Source of the DNA: an uncultured Pelagibacteraceae bacterium
GTDB lineage: Bacteria > Pseudomonadota > Alphaproteobacteria > Pelagibacterales > Pelagibacteraceae
Length of the DNA: 64,000 nt
Direction of reading: 5' to 3'
NCBI GenBank assembly: GCA_902599955.1
Contig: CACKHK010000002.1
Coordinates: forward strand, 26,595 to 90,594
In this document: piece by piece, positions 1 to 8,705 of the stretch
How positions within the stretch are numbered: the stretch's first letter is position 1
Layout of the letters: the number at the start of each line of letters is the position of its first letter
Program-made: the position numbers and the translations under genes
Notes under the pieces: generated by a model
The model's database searches: none
Told to the model about the DNA's origin: nothing
What the model saw: the letters and a program-made list of their open reading frames with translations, nothing else

Positions 1-38
1 TTTTTAGCTTCTAATAATAATTGATTGGTAGATGACAT
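1..38 (-). CDS. 5' end of a gene running off the window (MSSTNQLLLEAK...), product unknown; possibly a class II aldolase
   Basis: ATG at 38 on the minus strand, 22 bp downstream of the previous stop, open to the window edge; only 12 codons visible. Confidence 0.4.
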   Translation of the reverse strand, partial: MSSTNQLLLEAK

Positions 39-60
39 AATTTAAGAAAATATAAAAAAA

Positions 61-1083
61 TCAGTTAATTGCAACTGGTTTTGAGGCTAAAAGTTTTACA
101 GTTTTTCTTTGAGCTCTTTTACAGAATTTAGGTGGCATATTTTTTAGAACAAGCTTCATATCTTTCAAAACTATTTCACCCATATTGTAAAAAGCTTCTT
201 CTAAAGCACCTGCTCTATGAGCAGAAAATAGTGTATTTTTTAACTTTCTTATTGGATCATTTTTTTTTACTGGTTCATCTGGAAAGACATCAGTTGCGAC
301 ATAAATATCTCCCTTTTTAATTCTATTAATCAAATCTTTAAAATTAACTATTGCTGCTCTACTCATTAAAATAAAAACAGTTCCAGATTTCATTTTATTT
401 AATAATTTCTTATCAATTAAAAGTTTATTCTTTTTGGTAATAGTTGCTAATACGTAAATTACTTCACAACTACTAAACATTTTATTTAAATTAATTGGAT
501 TAAATCCAATTTTTTTTATTTTATTTTTAGGTATCCATGGGTCATATACATTTATATTTTTTGAGAATGGTAAAAGTAAGGGGTATAAAGATTTTGCTAA
601 ATCTCCAAACCCTAGTAAACCAATTTTTTTATTTGTCAGAAGTGAAGCTTGTAAATTACTTTCTAAACCGTATTTCTCTTTTGATTTAATAAAATCAAAG
701 TGTGCATTGTGAATATTTCTTAAAAGAGACAATGTCATACCTAAAGCAATCTCAGCTACAGGTTTTGAAAATACTGGCGAGGTTGCAATAACATGAATAT
801 TTTTTTTGAAACAATAATTATAGTCTAAATTGTCCATAAAATTGCTTTCTACATTTATAATACATTTTAATTTTGAAGCTTTAGACAATAAATATTTATC
901 TAAATTTGGTTGACCCATAATAAATGTTGCCTTGCCAATATTATTTTCATAAAAAATTTTTTTATTTTTTTTCGGAGCAACTATTATTTTATATTTGGTT
1001 TTTAGTTCTTTTAATTTTGTCTTTGTAAAAATTAAATCTAAGGTTCTTGGATAAGGATCAGAAATTACAATAGGTTTAATCAC
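61..1083 (-). CDS. D-isomer-specific 2-hydroxyacid dehydrogenase
   Basis: GLLGFGDLA Rossmann motif, SRAAIV, DVFPDEP and SAHRAG catalytic motifs; GTG start. Confidence 0.85.
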   Translation of the reverse strand: MIKPIVISDPYPRTLDLIFTKTKLKELKTKYKIIVAPKKNKKIFYENNIGKATFIMGQPNLDKYLLSKASKLKCIINVESNFMDNLDYNYCFKKNIHVIATSPVFSKPVAEIALGMTLSLLRNIHNAHFDFIKSKEKYGLESNLQASLLTNKKIGLLGFGDLAKSLYPLLLPFSKNINVYDPWIPKNKIKKIGFNPINLNKMFSSCEVIYVLATITKKNKLLIDKKLLNKMKSGTVFILMSRAAIVNFKDLINRIKKGDIYVATDVFPDEPVKKNDPIRKLKNTLFSAHRAGALEEAFYNMGEIVLKDMKLVLKNMPPKFCKRAQRKTVKLLASKPVAIN

Positions 1084-1092
1084 ATTTTTGCT

Positions 1093-2250
1093 CTATTTAG
1101 TTATTTTTCTTATATCTATATTTGTAAATTTTTTTGGTTTAACACACTCGGTTTTAATTGGTTGATTAACACCAGATTTAGAAGCTTTCATGATTGAGGT
1201 TATTATATCAAGCACGTGCAATGAAATTTCACCATTACATAAATGTTTTCTTTTTTTTTCTATTGAATAAGCCATTTCCGAAAGTCCTGCGCCTCTATAG
1301 TTCGCATTTGTTGGAGCTTCATTTGCTCTTGAACTTTGTGTTTTTATATTAATTTTACCTAAATGCATTTTTGTTGTTTTATATTCTTTCCAATTATCTC
1401 CTAGTTTTTTACATGTGAAAACTGATCCTCCAAACATATTTGGGTCAGGGACAATCATTGAACCTTTTTCACCATATAACTCAATATGATTTCTTTGGTG
1501 AGCAATGACATCAAAAGATAATGTCAGTCTAATTACTGTGTTATTTTTAAAGGTGATTGTAGATAGATAAGTTGTTGGGCAATTAACTTTAAATTTTCTA
1601 CCTTTTTTTGGTCCAATTCCAATTGTTCTGTATTTTGTACCATTTATTATTCTCCCACTAACTTTTTTTGCAGGTCCTAAAAGGTTTACCAAAGCTGTAA
1701 TGTAATATGGCCCCATATCAATTACAGGACCTCCTTCAAGTTTTGCAAACCATGGTTCTGGATTGGGGTGATATGATTGAATTCCAGGAAAGGCAAAAAC
1801 AGCATTACCTAATTTTATTTTTCCAATTATATTTTTTTCAACTAGCTCTTTTGATTTTTGTATTCCACCTCCTAAAAATGTATCTGGTGCATTACCAAGG
1901 TATAACTTTTTCCTTCTAGAAATTTTTAAAAGTTCTTTTCCATCCTTTAAATTAATTGCCAATGGTTTCTCTGAGTAAACATGTTTACCATTTAATAAAG
2001 CTTTTTTTGAAATTTCATAATGTGCTTTTGGGATAGTTAAATTTAAAATAATTTCTGCTTCTTGATCTTTTAGAATTTCATTTACACTTAAAAATTTGAC
2101 TCCATACTCTTTAGAACATTTTTTTGCAGCTTTTAAATTAATATCTGCGCATTTAATTATTTTGATATTATTAAAATATTTCTCTGCTCTAAAATAAGTT
2201 TCTGCAATATGTCCACAACCAATAAGACCAACTTTGAAAACTTTATTCAT
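1093..2250 (-). CDS. Gfo/Idh/MocA family oxidoreductase
   Basis: GLIGCGHIA, HVYSEKP, GGPVIDMGPY motifs. Confidence 0.9.
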   Translation of the reverse strand: MNKVFKVGLIGCGHIAETYFRAEKYFNNIKIIKCADINLKAAKKCSKEYGVKFLSVNEILKDQEAEIILNLTIPKAHYEISKKALLNGKHVYSEKPLAINLKDGKELLKISRRKKLYLGNAPDTFLGGGIQKSKELVEKNIIGKIKLGNAVFAFPGIQSYHPNPEPWFAKLEGGPVIDMGPYYITALVNLLGPAKKVSGRIINGTKYRTIGIGPKKGRKFKVNCPTTYLSTITFKNNTVIRLTLSFDVIAHQRNHIELYGEKGSMIVPDPNMFGGSVFTCKKLGDNWKEYKTTKMHLGKINIKTQSSRANEAPTNANYRGAGLSEMAYSIEKKRKHLCNGEISLHVLDIITSIMKASKSGVNQPIKTECVKPKKFTNIDIRKITK

Positions 2251-2259
2251 ATAAGGAAA

Positions 2260-4104
2260 TCAGACACCTTGTCTTTGTTTTGCTTTACCTTCTTTATGAA
2301 GTTTTAAAGCTTCCTCATTTTCTTTCGTTGTTGGTATTTCAAGCGTAGGACTTTCCCAGTAAGCTGAACCTTCAAGCCATTCGTAACTATGAGTTTTTAT
2401 TGATATTACATATGTTACATCTGATTTTTTAGCTCTTTTAAATGCTTCCTCTAATTCTGAAATAGTGGAAACATGTTCAGATTTTGCACCCATGCTAGCT
2501 GCATGTTGGGCAAAATTTACTTCCTTAAAATTTTGAATATTAGATGAATTAAATAAGCAATTAAATTCTTTTCCACCTTTAAACAATTGAAGTCTATTTA
2601 TAACTGCATGACCACCATTATCACAAACAATTATTATTAATTTGTTATTTGTTAAAACTGAAGAATAGATGTCTGAATTATTTAATAAATATGAGCCATC
2701 TCCCACAAATGCTATTACGTCTTTGTCAGGATTTGCCATCTTAATTCCTAGGGCACCAGAAATTTCATAACTCATACAACTAAAACCCCATTCAGTTTCA
2801 TGCGTATTTAGTTCTTTTGGTCTCCAGACTTGCACAACTTCACCAACCAATCCACCAGCAGCAGTAACTGCTATATCTGTTGGATCTGAATTTCGATAAA
2901 TTGCTCCTACGGCGTGTGCATAGTTTGGTGTTTCTTGGTTAGTTGGTCCACTTTCTTTATCAACATACTCATTCCAAGACTTAAGTTCATCTTGTGATTT
3001 TTTGTACCAGCTGTCAGGAGATTTCCAATTTCCTAAAGAATTTGACAACTCTGATAAACAAACTTTAGCATCTCCAATAACTGCCTCGGCTAAATGTTTG
3101 TTTGCATCATGTCTTGCAATATTAATTGAAACCAATTTAAATTCAGGGTTTTCAAAATTAGCCCACGAACCTGTTGTAAAATCTGCCAATTTTGTACCAA
3201 CACAAATAGCTAAATCGGTTTCTTTTGCTAAGTTATTTGCAGCTTTACCACCAAGGCCTCCTATTGGACCAAGAAAATGAGAATGATCTCTTTTCATAGT
3301 TGAGTATCCCATCACGGTTTGTGTGACTGGTATGTTATGTTTTATGGCAAAACTTCCTAATTCATCCATTGCATCTGAATAGAAAACTCCCCCTCCAGAA
3401 ATAATAATTGGTTTTTTTGATTTTTTAATTTTTTCCATTGCTTGTTTTATTTGAAAATCATCTGGTTTAGGTCTTCTTATGTTATGTATTCTTTCTTTAA
3501 AAAATTCCTCTGGATAATCAAATGTTTCCCCTTGCACATCTTGACACAAAGATAAACACGCTGGGCCAGTATCAGCAGGATCAAGCATTGTTTGAATTGC
3601 TTGCGGAAGAGATTGTATTATTTGTTCAGGTCTTGTTATTCTATCAAAATATTTTGTAACTGGTTTAAAAGAGTCGTTCGCAGTCATTCCTGGATTTGAA
3701 AAATGCTCTACTTGCTGTAGCACAGGATCTGGCATTCTATTCGCATAAGTATCTCCAGGTAAAAATAAAATAGGTAATCTATTGCTCATTGCTACTGCAG
3801 ACGCAGTTACTAAATTTGTAGATCCAGGCCCAACAGAACTTGTTGCAATAAAAATTTGTTTTCTTCTTTTTGCTCTTGAAAAAGCAATGCCAGTTAAAGC
3901 CATATTTTGTTCATGATGACCTCTATAAGTTGGGAGTTTATCCTTATTTTCCTCTAATGCTTGACCTATGCATGCAACATTCCCATGACCAAAAATACCA
4001 AATGCCCCTGGAAATAAAGGCTCAACTTTACCTTCTATGTAGATTTTTTGAGCAACAAGATGTTTAACCAAGGCATGTGCGCAAGTAAGCTTTATTTTTT
4101 TCAT
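2260..4104 (-). CDS. iolD: 3D-(3,5/4)-trihydroxycyclohexane-1,2-dione acylhydrolase (ThDP-dependent)
   Basis: GIFGHGNV, HHEQNMA, PDPVLQQVE, GFSCMSYE and GDGSY motifs; start moved to ATG 4104 (MKKIKLTCAHA) because the longer ORF overlaps the divergent gene. Confidence 0.93.
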   Translation of the reverse strand: MKKIKLTCAHALVKHLVAQKIYIEGKVEPLFPGAFGIFGHGNVACIGQALEENKDKLPTYRGHHEQNMALTGIAFSRAKRRKQIFIATSSVGPGSTNLVTASAVAMSNRLPILFLPGDTYANRMPDPVLQQVEHFSNPGMTANDSFKPVTKYFDRITRPEQIIQSLPQAIQTMLDPADTGPACLSLCQDVQGETFDYPEEFFKERIHNIRRPKPDDFQIKQAMEKIKKSKKPIIISGGGVFYSDAMDELGSFAIKHNIPVTQTVMGYSTMKRDHSHFLGPIGGLGGKAANNLAKETDLAICVGTKLADFTTGSWANFENPEFKLVSINIARHDANKHLAEAVIGDAKVCLSELSNSLGNWKSPDSWYKKSQDELKSWNEYVDKESGPTNQETPNYAHAVGAIYRNSDPTDIAVTAAGGLVGEVVQVWRPKELNTHETEWGFSCMSYEISGALGIKMANPDKDVIAFVGDGSYLLNNSDIYSSVLTNNKLIIIVCDNGGHAVINRLQLFKGGKEFNCLFNSSNIQNFKEVNFAQHAASMGAKSEHVSTISELEEAFKRAKKSDVTYVISIKTHSYEWLEGSAYWESPTLEIPTTKENEEALKLHKEGKAKQRQGV

Positions 4105-4159
4105 TTTTCTAGTTATATTCTCCTCAAAAATTCGACTAATTAACCATAAAATAAAAATT

Positions 4160-5602
4160 ATGTATAGCAAATTTGGACAATTCATTGATGGCAAATGGCA
4201 ACAATCACAAAATAATGAAACTTATGATGTATTGAATCCAGCTACTGAAGAAGTAATTGGTAAAGCATCCAAAGCTGGTGAAGAAGATGTAAATAAAGCT
4301 CTTAAGTCAGCTGAAAAAGGTCTTGAAGTTTGGAGAAATACTCCACCTTGGCAGAGATCAAAAATTATAAGAAAAATTGCAGATCTTATGCGAGAGAGAA
4401 CTGATGTACTAGCAAAATGGCTTACATTGGAAGTTGGAAAACCTTTGTCAGAAGCTAAAGGGGAAGTCGGAGGCGCAGCAGACATTTTCGAATGGAACTC
4501 TGAAGAAACAAAAAGGATATATGGTCAGATAGTTGAAAGTAGATTTGAACACACAAGAATGTATGTAAAATATGAACCTGTTGGTGTTGTTGCAGGATTA
4601 ATACCATGGAATTTTCCAATAGTTCTATCCTCTAGAAAAATTTCAACTGCCTTAGCAGCTGGGTGCTCAGTTATATGTAAGCCAGATGTTATTACTCCAG
4701 GTAGTGTAATGGAACTTATGAATATTATAAATGATGCAGGAGTTCCTCCAGGTGTTGTTAATTTATTATCGGGTGATCCAGCAAAAATTTCTTCACAACT
4801 TATATCTTCTGACATAGTTAAAAAAGTTTCTATTACTGGATCGACTAGAGTAGGTAAACTTATTTTAAAGCAAGCCGCTGAGAAAGTTCAAAGAGTAACA
4901 ATGGAATTAAGTGGTCACTCACCTTTTATAGTTTTTGATGATGTGGATATAAATAAAGTTACAGATATGGCAATAACGGCAAAATTTAGAAATAACGGCC
5001 AAGTTTGTATCTCACCGGCAAGATTTTATATCCATGAAAAGAAAAAAGATGAGTTTGCAAAAACATTAGTTGAAAAAGTTTCTAAACTAAAAATTGGAAA
5101 TGGAATGGATGACGACACAATATTAGGTCCATTAACAACAGAAAAGAGATTGAATGAAATAGAAGCATTAGTCGAGAAAACAAAAAAAGAAGGAGCAACT
5201 GTTTTATGCGGTGGAAAGAGACCATCAGGTTTTAATAAAGGATATTTTTATGAACCTACTGTTTTTGACAATGTTCAAGATAACTTTACGATTGCAAAAG
5301 AAGAACCATTTGGACCATTAGTTCCACTACTAACGTTTAAAGATACAGATGAAGTTGTTGAAAGAGCTAACGATAATGACTTAGGTTTGGCAAGCTATAT
5401 TTATACAAATTCTTTAGAAAAAGCTCACAAAGTCTCAGAAAAAATGGAAACTGGAACATGTGCAGTAAATCATCCTACTATTGCGTTTGCAGAAGTTCCT
5501 TTTGGAGGTATCAAACAGACAGGTTATGGTAGAGAGGGTGGATCAATGGCCATTAAGGATTATTTAAATATTAAATATACTCATTTTGGTCTTAATTATT
5601 AA
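4160..5602 (+). CDS. NAD(P)-dependent aldehyde dehydrogenase, succinate-semialdehyde/alpha-ketoglutarate-semialdehyde dehydrogenase-like
   Basis: PWNFP, TGSTRVG, MELSGH, GQVC, EEPFGP, PFGGIKQTGYGREG motifs. Confidence 0.88.
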   Translation: MYSKFGQFIDGKWQQSQNNETYDVLNPATEEVIGKASKAGEEDVNKALKSAEKGLEVWRNTPPWQRSKIIRKIADLMRERTDVLAKWLTLEVGKPLSEAKGEVGGAADIFEWNSEETKRIYGQIVESRFEHTRMYVKYEPVGVVAGLIPWNFPIVLSSRKISTALAAGCSVICKPDVITPGSVMELMNIINDAGVPPGVVNLLSGDPAKISSQLISSDIVKKVSITGSTRVGKLILKQAAEKVQRVTMELSGHSPFIVFDDVDINKVTDMAITAKFRNNGQVCISPARFYIHEKKKDEFAKTLVEKVSKLKIGNGMDDDTILGPLTTEKRLNEIEALVEKTKKEGATVLCGGKRPSGFNKGYFYEPTVFDNVQDNFTIAKEEPFGPLVPLLTFKDTDEVVERANDNDLGLASYIYTNSLEKAHKVSEKMETGTCAVNHPTIAFAEVPFGGIKQTGYGREGGSMAIKDYLNIKYTHFGLNY

Positions 5603-6393
5603 TGAGAAAAAATAAAGTTAAACAAATGATGGCTGAAGGAAAACCAGTTGTTAATGGCTGGTTACAAATACCTAGTACAGTATCTGCAGAAGTTATGGCG
5701 CATCAAGGTTGGGACTCTCTTACTGTAGATATGCAACATGGACTTGTTGATTACACAAACGCGCTTCCAATGCTTCAAACAATTTCTTCAACTGATGTAA
5801 CTCCTCTTGCCAGAGTAAATTGGAATGAACCAGGACAAATAATGAAAATTTTAGACGCTGGTTGTTATGGAATTATATGCCCTATGGTAAGCAATAAAGA
5901 AGAGGCAGAAAGATTTGTTCAAGCATGCATGTATCCTCCAAGAGGATATAGAAGTTTTGGCCCAGTTAGAGGATTAATTTATGGTGGAGCTGATTATGCT
6001 GATCATGCAAATGATGAGATTTTAAAATTAGCTATGATTGAAACAAAGGAGTCATTAGATAAATTAGATGAGATCATGTCTATTGAGGGTGTTGATGGGA
6101 TATATATTGGTCCAGCTGACTTAAGTTTAGCAATTGGAGAAAAGCCAGGCTTTGACAGAGCAGAGGACACAAAAGCATATTCTGAAATATTAAGAATATT
6201 AGAGCATGCAAAAAAAAATAATATATTTGCTGGTATTCATAATGGAACTACAGAATATGCACAAAAAATGATTGATAAAGGATTTAACTTCGTAACAATT
6301 GGTGCAGATCAAAGAGCTATGAGCGCAGGCGCAAAGGCAATTGTAGAAAAAATGAAGGGCTCAATAAATAAAAAAGATTCTGACACTTATTAA
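5602..6393 (+). CDS. HpcH/HpaI class II pyruvate aldolase
   Basis: DMQHG, ARV, LDAG, MIET, IGPADLS motifs; TAATG overlap with the ALDH gene. Confidence 0.9.
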   Translation: MRKNKVKQMMAEGKPVVNGWLQIPSTVSAEVMAHQGWDSLTVDMQHGLVDYTNALPMLQTISSTDVTPLARVNWNEPGQIMKILDAGCYGIICPMVSNKEEAERFVQACMYPPRGYRSFGPVRGLIYGGADYADHANDEILKLAMIETKESLDKLDEIMSIEGVDGIYIGPADLSLAIGEKPGFDRAEDTKAYSEILRILEHAKKNNIFAGIHNGTTEYAQKMIDKGFNFVTIGADQRAMSAGAKAIVEKMKGSINKKDSDTY

Positions 6394-7205
6394 TCTAGTT
6401 TCTCAAGAAATAGCTCAAACTCTTTTTGATTTAAATTTATAGATTGTTTCTTTCCAGGAAATTTATTTGACATAGAATCTTTTTTAAATGCTTTGAGCGC
6501 TTTTACTCTCTCTTGATTAATTTGATTTTTTAATTTTATTAAGTTTCCATAAGCTTTTGAATGTCTTGGTGGATTCTCAGTATCCCCACAAATATCTTCC
6601 ATAAACAAGTACATTACATCAGCAAACTTTCCTGAGCCGAGTGATACTGTAACTATATTTGTTCTTTTAGAAATCTCTCTCATTACATTTTCGGGAATTA
6701 CTTCACATTCAGCTGAGAATGCTCCTGCATCCTCTAATCTTTTAAATTTTAAATACAAATCATGTGCTTCATTACTATTTTTTCCAACTGCTCTTAAACC
6801 TCCTATCCATGTAGATTTTCTTGGTACTAAACCTAAATGTCCCATAACTGGAACATCTTCGTTTGCAAGCATTTCAACAATTTTCATACTTCTAGGTGTC
6901 ATTACTGCATCAGCTCCATTCTCTAATGCCTCAAAAGCACCTCTCAATATATCATCTGCTGTTACAAACTTATTAAGTACTAATGCTGCAGTTAAAAATA
7001 AATTTTTAGAACCCTCTCTGGCTTTTTTAACATTAAATGCATTAGATATAATCATATCAAATCCGGCCTGCTCGGCTGCATGTGCTTCTTCAATAGTATT
7101 CGCTGTAACTTGGGTAAATTTTTTTTTTCCTTTAAAATTTTTTAAATCGCCAACTGTTAAAGTTCTACTTGCAGGTTTTGCTGCCCATGTATAAATTTTT
7201 TTCAT
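6390..7205 (-). CDS. Divergent PanB-like (ketopantoate hydroxymethyltransferase fold) protein
   Basis: VMGHLGLVP, LEDAGAF..ECE, SLGSG and PRHSKAY motifs resemble PanB, but the LVGDS, ADMPF and VKLEG motifs are absent. Confidence 0.75.
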   Translation of the reverse strand: MKKIYTWAAKPASRTLTVGDLKNFKGKKKFTQVTANTIEEAHAAEQAGFDMIISNAFNVKKAREGSKNLFLTAALVLNKFVTADDILRGAFEALENGADAVMTPRSMKIVEMLANEDVPVMGHLGLVPRKSTWIGGLRAVGKNSNEAHDLYLKFKRLEDAGAFSAECEVIPENVMREISKRTNIVTVSLGSGKFADVMYLFMEDICGDTENPPRHSKAYGNLIKLKNQINQERVKALKAFKKDSMSNKFPGKKQSINLNQKEFELFLEKLD

Positions 7206-7618
7206 TTTATCCCTTTGTATAGCTGATCTCTTCTATCAATGAACTCCTCAAATGTTTTTATAGTAATAACTGAGGGAAGAATAAAAATTGACCTTTTATC
7301 TTTTATATTTCTAATAATTCTAAAATAACCTTTTTTAATAGCAGTATCGATATAAACATTTGAAGTTAGGTAAGATTTTTCAATCACTTTTAAAAGCTGG
7401 TTTTTTGTAATTGATTGGTTTTTAAAATAAGCCAACATTACTGCGTGCAACATTATCCAATGTTGAGGCGTTAATGAAAACCAGTTAAGTAAATCATTTT
7501 TTAACCTACCAGTGAAGTCTCCAAGAGAAACTTCGGCCATTTGAATTCTTTTTTTTGTAGATTTAGAAAGTTTTTTTTGTTCTTCAAAATGCTTTGGGTA
7601 ACTAAATTGCCTCTTCAT
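7202..7618 (-). CDS. MarR-like winged-helix regulator
   Basis: 138 aa; HTH-like ITKNQLLKVIEKSYLTSNVYIDTAIKKGYF followed by the wing motif DKRS. Confidence 0.6.
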   Translation of the reverse strand: MKRQFSYPKHFEEQKKLSKSTKKRIQMAEVSLGDFTGRLKNDLLNWFSLTPQHWIMLHAVMLAYFKNQSITKNQLLKVIEKSYLTSNVYIDTAIKKGYFRIIRNIKDKRSIFILPSVITIKTFEEFIDRRDQLYKGIK

Positions 7619-7654
7619 CTAATTAATTTTATATAATTGAAATTTCTATTCAAT

Positions 7655-8623
7655 CTAATTTTTGTTAGCTAATTCTTTATATATATTATTTACTCTGTGA
7701 ACTTCACTTGCAGTATTAAAATATCCTACATATTCTATTTCATCTGGGGTTACATCAAAATGGTAATGACCTGCATATTTTTTATTTTCATAAGAATGAA
7801 AATGGGTATGTTCTCCAGACTCTCTTAAATTAAGTTTTCCACCAGTTGGATCTCCGGTCCACAAAACAGAGTAACATTGCAATTCAGGACCAACTGGTTC
7901 ATAAAATTGTAGGAAGTCTTTAGTACATTTCATTAATTTTGAATCATAATAATCGTGTTTGATATCTTCATAATCGGGTTGTACGTGTGATCGTATTTTT
8001 CCATTTAAAATTCTAAAAACACCAGCAAGAGCTATGTGATTGTTATTAGAAATATCTAAATTTTCTGACAATGCTTGTCTTATTGACTGAGGTAAAGATC
8101 CTTGTTTTCCAATTCTTTTTTTAGTATTAATTCTTATTACCCTTCCTTCTTTTCCATCGCTATAGTAGATGTTGCCAAGTCCCCCATGTTTTTTTGCTTT
8201 ATAATCTTTAACTATACATTCTTTATTTTTTCCAACCATTGCAATGATAGATTTAGACTCTTCAGTAATTAAATTCTCATTTATAATTAATTCTCCACAA
8301 TGCCCTTCCAAACACGACATAGCACCAGAGCCTGCTCCAAGAGCATAGGATTTTGAAGAATTTATTCTTTTTGAAATCTCTTGATAATCAAATTCAGTAC
8401 CGATGTAATTTTTATCATGCATATAAGGCTCTCCTCCTACATCGATTATTTTTTGATTGCCGCTAATACCTTCAGAAGGGCAATCCCAATGTCTAAGATT
8501 TGGACACTCAACTACATCTACTTCAACATCTTTGTAATTATTAGCAAGTCCAATTCTTAATGCATTTGAAATATCTATTAAATCAAAAGTTTTAAAAATT
8601 CCTTTCTCTATATTTAATTTCAT
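7655..8623 (-). CDS. DUF1907 / C11orf54 (PTD012)-like Zn metalloenzyme
   Basis: GL..NY.DV.V.VV.CP.L N-terminus, DVGGEPY, GAGSG, GGLGNI, and C-terminal EHTHFHS...GHYHFDVTPDEIEYVGYF, matching recalled human C11orf54 EHTHFFS...GHYHYDTTPD.VEYLGYF. Confidence 0.85.
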   Translation of the reverse strand: MKLNIEKGIFKTFDLIDISNALRIGLANNYKDVEVDVVECPNLRHWDCPSEGISGNQKIIDVGGEPYMHDKNYIGTEFDYQEISKRINSSKSYALGAGSGAMSCLEGHCGELIINENLITEESKSIIAMVGKNKECIVKDYKAKKHGGLGNIYYSDGKEGRVIRINTKKRIGKQGSLPQSIRQALSENLDISNNNHIALAGVFRILNGKIRSHVQPDYEDIKHDYYDSKLMKCTKDFLQFYEPVGPELQCYSVLWTGDPTGGKLNLRESGEHTHFHSYENKKYAGHYHFDVTPDEIEYVGYFNTASEVHRVNNIYKELANKN

Positions 8624-8635
8624 GATTTAATAATA

Positions 8636-8685
8636 TTGCATTATATATTGCAAAATGTCTATAGATAATATATATAATATCTATA
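8636..8685. promoter_or_regulatory. Two inverted repeats in the divergent DUF1907/panE-like promoter region (candidate operators)
   Basis: TTGCA-N8-TGCAA at 8636-8653 and TATAGATA-N10-TATCTATA at 8660-8685. Confidence 0.4.
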
Positions 8686-8705
8686 CATAATATATTTAAA
8701 ATAAA

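Noticed and set aside
4105-4194. N-terminal extensions in the ORF track for iolD, Gfo (13275), tyrS (26712), thiS (37293), pepA (48156) and acpP (56358)
   Set aside because: They overlap neighbouring genes and precede the family-typical N-termini, so downstream ATGs were chosen.
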